Of a stretch of 64,000 bases of DNA, positions 58,456 to 64,000 are shown piece by piece. The first letter of the stretch is position 1. Every line of letters starts with the position of its first letter. The stretch is from contig CP068257.2 of assembly GCA_009914755.4 (NCBI GenBank), positions 23,808,001 through 23,872,000 of the forward strand, in the 5' to 3' direction. The notes under the pieces are model-generated. The model made no database searches and had not been told where the DNA came from. It saw nothing but the letters and a program-made list of their open reading frames with translations. Made by a program: the position numbers and the translations under genes. This DNA comes from the human T2T-CHM13v2.0 reference genome, Homo sapiens.

Positions 58456-61261
58456 GTCTGAAAAATAAATGAGAAACCATGAAAAGTTTCTGAAAAAGTG
58501 TCTGACATAAAATAGCTGCCCAGCAAATAGTAGGTGTTCGTACTATATTCCAGGAATTATAAAATCAAACCGTAACTATATAAGCAACTCTGTCTAGACA
58601 GGGTTTTTTTTTAATTTTCTTGAAGTGGGAAGGGGGTGCATTTATGATAATGATTATTTCAGCTTTTAGAAAGTCAATTCATTTAATGGGATTTATTTAT
58701 CAAAAAGCCGTGTTGACTCATGCCCAATGGTTGTAAGATCACGTTCTTTCAAAACTCCATTTATGAGTAAAATTCAAATAGTCTTTTCTAAAGTTAATAT
58801 TTAAGAATGCATTTACATTTGAAAAAATTGAAAAAATGAAGACAGCACTTTCATTTCAGTAAAATTTTAGGAAGATAAAGGTCTGTGGAAACAAAATTAT
58901 TCAAAATGTCCAATTACCTCAGTTACACTATAAGGTTCTTAAACTAACCTGGGTTTTTATCTAACAAAACTCTGGTTTATACTAAGTATGTTTTAAAATT
59001 TTACTTAGAAGAGAATCAGTACATAATCCATATTCTTTAATATGGCCAGCTATGATAGGTTTCCCAGAATAGAGCCCTTAAATTCTATAATTTTTATTTT
59101 TGCATAGATTTTTAAAATTCATTTTTAAACAAATTATTATTTTTGTGTCCTATGTTTTTCTCTAAATACCTACTAAAGTAAATGCAATTTGCTATACTTG
59201 AATTTTTAATTACATAAAAAGAAGGTATTTTGATTACTTAATTTCAAAATTCAATCTCTGATTATCTACCTTCTACTATAGAAAGGCTTTAATACACACT
59301 CCCAAATACGGAAGAAAAAGTGATGCATTCCACGCTGGAATCTGTTTTACCTACCTAGAAAGTCTTTTGCTAAAGTACAATATTAAATAAGAATTTTCAA
59401 ATCTTACTAAAAATTTTCCTTCCTAAAATAATATTTCTACTGTATTTTAGGAAGCGTTTTATATTTCAGCCCATAAAATTGTCAGTTTATGACATGATAC
59501 AATTTAGGCTGAACAGTTAAAAGATTCTGAGAAGGAAACTTGAATTGCTCAGAGAAAGTGTAAAATCCCATGTGTTACTAAAATCAAGGGACTGTCATGA
59601 TAAAAATTTTCTGAATGCCTTGCAAGTTGGATACTTCATTTAAAAACTCCCCACCCACAATGTTCTCTGAAGCATATCTTAAAGCCCCAACCAACCCTTC
59701 CATTCCTTAGCATAGAATACATGTTGGTTTCTTTTTTGCAACATGTGCTTTCTTTAAAGTCAAATATATGACACTGAATCTTGAAACATTACAGGAAAGT
59801 GATTTAGATTCTTCTGGTTACTGCAACATAGCAAAAAAAAAAAAAAAAAAAATTAAAAATCCCCTGTCTCTACTGCTCATGTTCCCTCTTAAATAACAAC
59901 TCTTTAAATAGAGATCCCTGTTAATATTTTATGAAATAATGAATTGTCTTTTCCATTCATATTTCTTTATATTTCACATCATGTCTTATTTTTTCTCTGC
60001 TCCCAGATTTCTGATAATTCTAGAATCCGTGAGATGAGTCCAAGCAATACATTCAGTAACTAATCTAAGCATTTGCAGCCACTGAATGTATCACCTGGAC
60101 TTATCTTTTGAGCGTATTTTAAATTGGGTAGAGAAGACTCTAAATAAAAGTCTTTCTCTTTCTAATATAATGCATTTGTAAAGAAGCATATTAGATCTGT
60201 TAAATAAATAAATATTTACTAATTAAGTTTGCTGTCAATGTTATAAGCAAATTACTTTACAAATGGCTGATCTGGAATTTCAGGAGCTCAATTGCTGAAG
60301 TAACTTATTTATTCAAATATTCTTAAACTGTTGTTGTATTACCACAGTGCAGTTCTATCCATGAAACTGAACAAGAAAATCAAATTCACCTGAATGCCTA
60401 AGAGAGCTCCTCATAAATCCGTAGTTCAGTTTTGATTTGTAGGAGAAAAAAGAAAAATAATGCAGATTGTTCCAACTATTCTCTACTCCCTAAATCTCAA
60501 GATTTCAAATTTTCACTAATATCAAATGCCACCTCACCACCACCAAACAGAATCTGTTTATTGAAGGAACAAGGCCAATTGGGTGGGTTTCAAAGAGATC
60601 ATGTTCCAACAATTAGTTTCATTTTCAAAGTTTAACTCTTTCCTGAATACTGTTTAACTGGGAAAATGAACTGAAAGCCCATTGAAGATTTTATACCTTT
60701 CTACTTCCTGGCCATGAAATGTGGCCTTGGAGTCTTAGAGGTAGATAGTTATATTTTAGAGAACCTTGAAGCTGGTTTGTTGTAGTAAGAGAATTTACAT
60801 ATTTCTAGATGTTTAATTTTTGTCTACAACAAAAATTAAAGTTTAAAAATGTAACTAATAGGAATGAACATTGCTTTGACTATTGAATTAAAGAGTAAAG
60901 AAAAATGGGTATTATATCATTAAAATAGAACAGAATCAAATGGTTCATTTTAGCACTTCAGAAAGGTTGTATCATCAGTGTGTTTTTGGGCCATTTTTTC
61001 CATTTATTATAAACTCATGATTGCTAACGGAATTCAATAAAGTACTTAAATTGCACAATAAAATATTCCCATGCCACTGAAACTCCTTAGCTATTAATTC
61101 AATAATTTTTTGTAACTTTTGTGAAACATTTTACCTAATATTTTATGTATGTAAGTGTAAGCTAAAAGTTTCTTCACTGTTTTCACATGATCAATGGCTT
61201 ATTTGACAGGCATTTTCTCTTTAAAAAAAAAAAAAGAAAAGAAAAAAAGATATTTCCCCTA

Positions 61262-61528
61262 GGCTGGTGCAGTGGCTCAAACCTGTAATCCCAGCACTTT
61301 GGGAGACCAAGGCGGGTGGATCGCTGAGCCCAAGAGTTCAAGACCAGCCTGGTCAACATACGCAGACCTTGTCTCTACAGATAATTTAAAAATTAGTCAG
61401 GCGTGGTGGTGCACATCTGTAGTCCCAGCTACTTGGGAGGATGAGGTGGGAGAATCACTTGAGCCTGCAGTGAGACATGACCATGCCACTGCACTCCAGC
61501 CTGGGTGACAGAGTGAGACCCTGTCTCA

Positions 61529-61562
<34 letters not shown>

Positions 61563-61567
61563 TATAC
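61262..61567 (+). mobile_element. Alu SINE with an A19 tail that continues into a (TA)n microsatellite
   Basis: The element runs 'ggctggtgcagtggctcaaacctgtaatcccagcactttgggagaccaaggcgggtggatcgctgagcccaagagttcaagaccagcctggtcaacatacgcagaccttgtctctacagataatttaaaaattagtcaggcgtggtggtgcacatctgtagtcccagctacttgggaggatgaggtgggagaatcacttgagcctgcagtgagacatgaccatgccactgcactccagcctgggtgacagagtgagaccctgtctc' + A19 + (TA)10. Confidence 0.9.
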
Positions 61568-63338
61568 AGTAAACTTGCAAACACAAATGGCCTCCTTGAT
61601 TCTAGTTACTTTGCACACTTTGTAAAAATTTAAAGTAATAACGAGCACAGCTTCTCACACTCCCTGCTCTATAACTCTTTCCTCATTACCCATCTCTAAA
61701 TTCTTCTAACTGTGGTACAGTTCATTGAAAAACAAAGCACTGAGTGAGCTAACATTGAAATTGTAAGAATAGTGGCTATTACTGCATAACAACAAGCAGA
61801 AGAGCAACATCTATTCTTTCTTGCTGCTGGAAACCATAGAAGGGCTTAGTACAATCACTCACTATGATTAACTCTCTACATTTTAACCACATAATTCTCA
61901 ACATGAGGAAGAAGCTAACCTGTTGACTTGCCTAGAGACAAAGAATAAGAGAAACCAGAATTCAAAACTGCAGTTGATAGCAGACCATGGCGAAGACAGA
62001 CCAGAAAATGTCAGGCCTGGGAGTCAGGCCTGTGCAGAAGTCCCCTGTGCAGGCCTGGGAGTCAGGATGTGCAGAAGAAACATGTGGGGCAGTTCACAGG
62101 CCAGAGATCAAGTCCTCTTGAGAGACGACTCCCTAGAGAAAAAAAAAAAAGAAAGAAAGAAATCAGAATTTAATGTCACCCAATTAAAAAAAAACAAGAA
62201 GCAGATTCATAGAGATCATGTGATTGGCAGAATAAAGGCCCCTGCTAAAGACGTCCTGAGAACCTGTCAATATGTTATGCTACGTAACAAAGGGAATTAG
62301 GGTTGCAGGTGGAATTAAGGTTGCTATTCAGCTGGCCTTTTTATAGGGAGATTTCCTGGATTATCTGGGTGGGCCCAGTGTCATCACAAGGGTTCTTAAA
62401 AGTGGAAGAGGGAAACAGAAAAAGGGAGCCCAAGAAAGAGAAGTGAAAAGGGACCAGGGCCAGGGAGATTCTATGTTGTTGGCCTTGAAGATGAGGAAGG
62501 GGATCACGAGCCAAAGCATGTGCGCAGCCTCTAGAAGCTTGAAAAGTCAAGGAAATGGTTTATCTCCTAGAACCTCAAGAAAAATATGCAGCCTGTCAAC
62601 ACCCTGATTTTAGCTCAATGAGACCTGTATCGGCCTTCTGACCTACAGAAGTGCAAAATAATAATAAATTCGTGTTGTTTTAAGCTACTAAGTGTGTGGC
62701 AATTTGAGTTGGCAGCAGTAGAAAGCATAGATAAGTGCTCAGGAACTGAGAACAAACAGAGAGGGACAAACAGGGCATTTGATAAACATGGAAATAATGA
62801 AAAAATGAGTGAATAAAGAAATACAGGGAAGTCAGCAACTACATTTTGGGATGCATTAAAGATAAAGTCTTTATCAGCCACACAACATAATGATGACAAG
62901 TGATCTAGAGACTCATCTTAGCAGCCATCTGCCCTGAACTATCCCATTCTAAGGAATGTCGACAAACCATGTCTAGTGAAGTATGAGCAATAATTAATAA
63001 GAAAAAATGTAATATTTAAATATTAATTTTAAAATAATGAATAAAAATCAGGCTTATTTCCCAATCCCCCAAGTTATAATGGCAGTTAGTCAAGACTGAG
63101 AAAATGGTTATACCTTAAAGCTGCTGACCTTTCATCCAGCAATTAATGCAATCTCATTCCACTCTGTTTCTCCCACCATACAAAACGTCAGTCACCCCAC
63201 TGCACCATGCTCTTCATGTCTCCTAGGCCTTCAAACCTACTACTGCCTCCCTTGTCTCCTGGTTAGCTCCTAGGTATCATTTATTTTACAGCTTTCCTCA
63301 AAGAAACCTGCATTTGGCTACTGATTGAGTTCAGTCCC

Positions 63339-63739
63339 TGTATTAGTCCATTCTCACACTGCTATAAAGAAATACCTGAGACCGGATAATTTATAAAGAA
63401 AAGAAATCTAATAGGCTCCTGGTTCCACAGGCTGTACAGGAAGCATGGCTGAGGAGACCTCAGGGAGCTTTTACTCATGGCAGAAGGCAAAGCCAGAGCA
63501 GGCATCTTCACATGGCCAGAGCAAGAGAAAGAGAGAGAGGGAGGAGGTGTTATACACTTTTAAACAATCAACTCTCATGAGAACTCACCCACTATCACGA
63601 AAACAGCACCTGGGGGATGGTGTTAAACCATTAGAAACCGCCCCCATGAACCAATCACCCCGCACTAGGCCCACCTCCAACATTGGAGATTACAATTCGA
63701 CATGAGATTTGGCTGGTGACACAGATCAAAATCATATCA
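63339..63739 (-). mobile_element. Solo THE1-family MaLR LTR (minus orientation)
   Basis: It runs 'tgtattagtccattctcacactgctataaagaaatacctgagaccggataatttataaagaaaagaaatctaataggctcctggttccacaggctgtacaggaagcatggctgaggagacctcagggagcttttactcatggcagaaggcaaagcc...gagaactcacccactatcacgaaaacagcacc...ccaatcaccccgcactaggcccacctccaacattggagattacaattcgacatgagatttggctggtgacacagatcaaaatcatatca'. This is the reverse complement of the THE1 LTR consensus from end to end. Confidence 0.9.
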
Positions 63740-64000
63740 ATCCCCTATTGCATATTCCTGTCGATGCTTGTATACTCCACTTTAGGGCATTTGTTTCACA
63801 ACTGGGATTTTCCAGTAAACCCTAAAGCGGGAATGCTGGTACAGACCAACAGTACAGAGAAGCATCAAGACCATTTTGTATTCATATCAATACAAACCCA
63901 CTCTTGCTGGTTTAACTGGACCAAGCCGGCTCTGCTGGGCTGTCACAAATGCACCCAAAAGACAGGAATAATGTCTACCTTACTCAACATTAACTTCTCA

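Overview
This window does not contain a prokaryotic or otherwise novel biological system. It reads as primate (human or closely related catarrhine) nuclear DNA: AT-rich, CpG-poor, and dominated by interspersed repeats. I recognise by eye about 18 Alu SINEs (both strands), several MIR SINEs, and many MaLR-type LTRs of the THE1/MST class. One of these is an essentially full-length LTR-internal-LTR MaLR element at 22134-24444, and a second copy of the same internal region lies at the left edge (1-994, minus strand). There is a MADE1 mariner-derived MITE and a nest of degraded L1 LINEs at 26606-35415 with opposed orientations and ORF1/ORF2 remnants. Younger L1PA-type 3' ends and older L1M-type fragments are scattered elsewhere. 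Microsatellites include a (GAAA)n expansion inside the A-rich linker of one Alu, a compound (AGAT)n tract, and a (CT)n(GT)n-plus-degenerate-TATG tract. I cannot support any host protein-coding exon, rRNA, tRNA or CRISPR array. Every ORF of 60 aa or longer in the supplied track is explained by translated repeats (L1 ORF2, MaLR internal gag-like remnant, poly-A or microsatellite translations) or is indistinguishable from chance. The second-look items are all fine-scale repeat biology: a miR-548-type hairpin candidate in the MADE1 copy, an unannotated 115-nt near-perfect hairpin next to a 110-bp tandem duplication, the Alu-linker microsatellite, tandem monomer-like units upstream of an L1 ORF1, and inverted L1 copies that could mediate rearrangement. 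Coordinates are by-eye estimates, typically ±5-15 bp. Repeat subfamily names are given only where I recognise the consensus.
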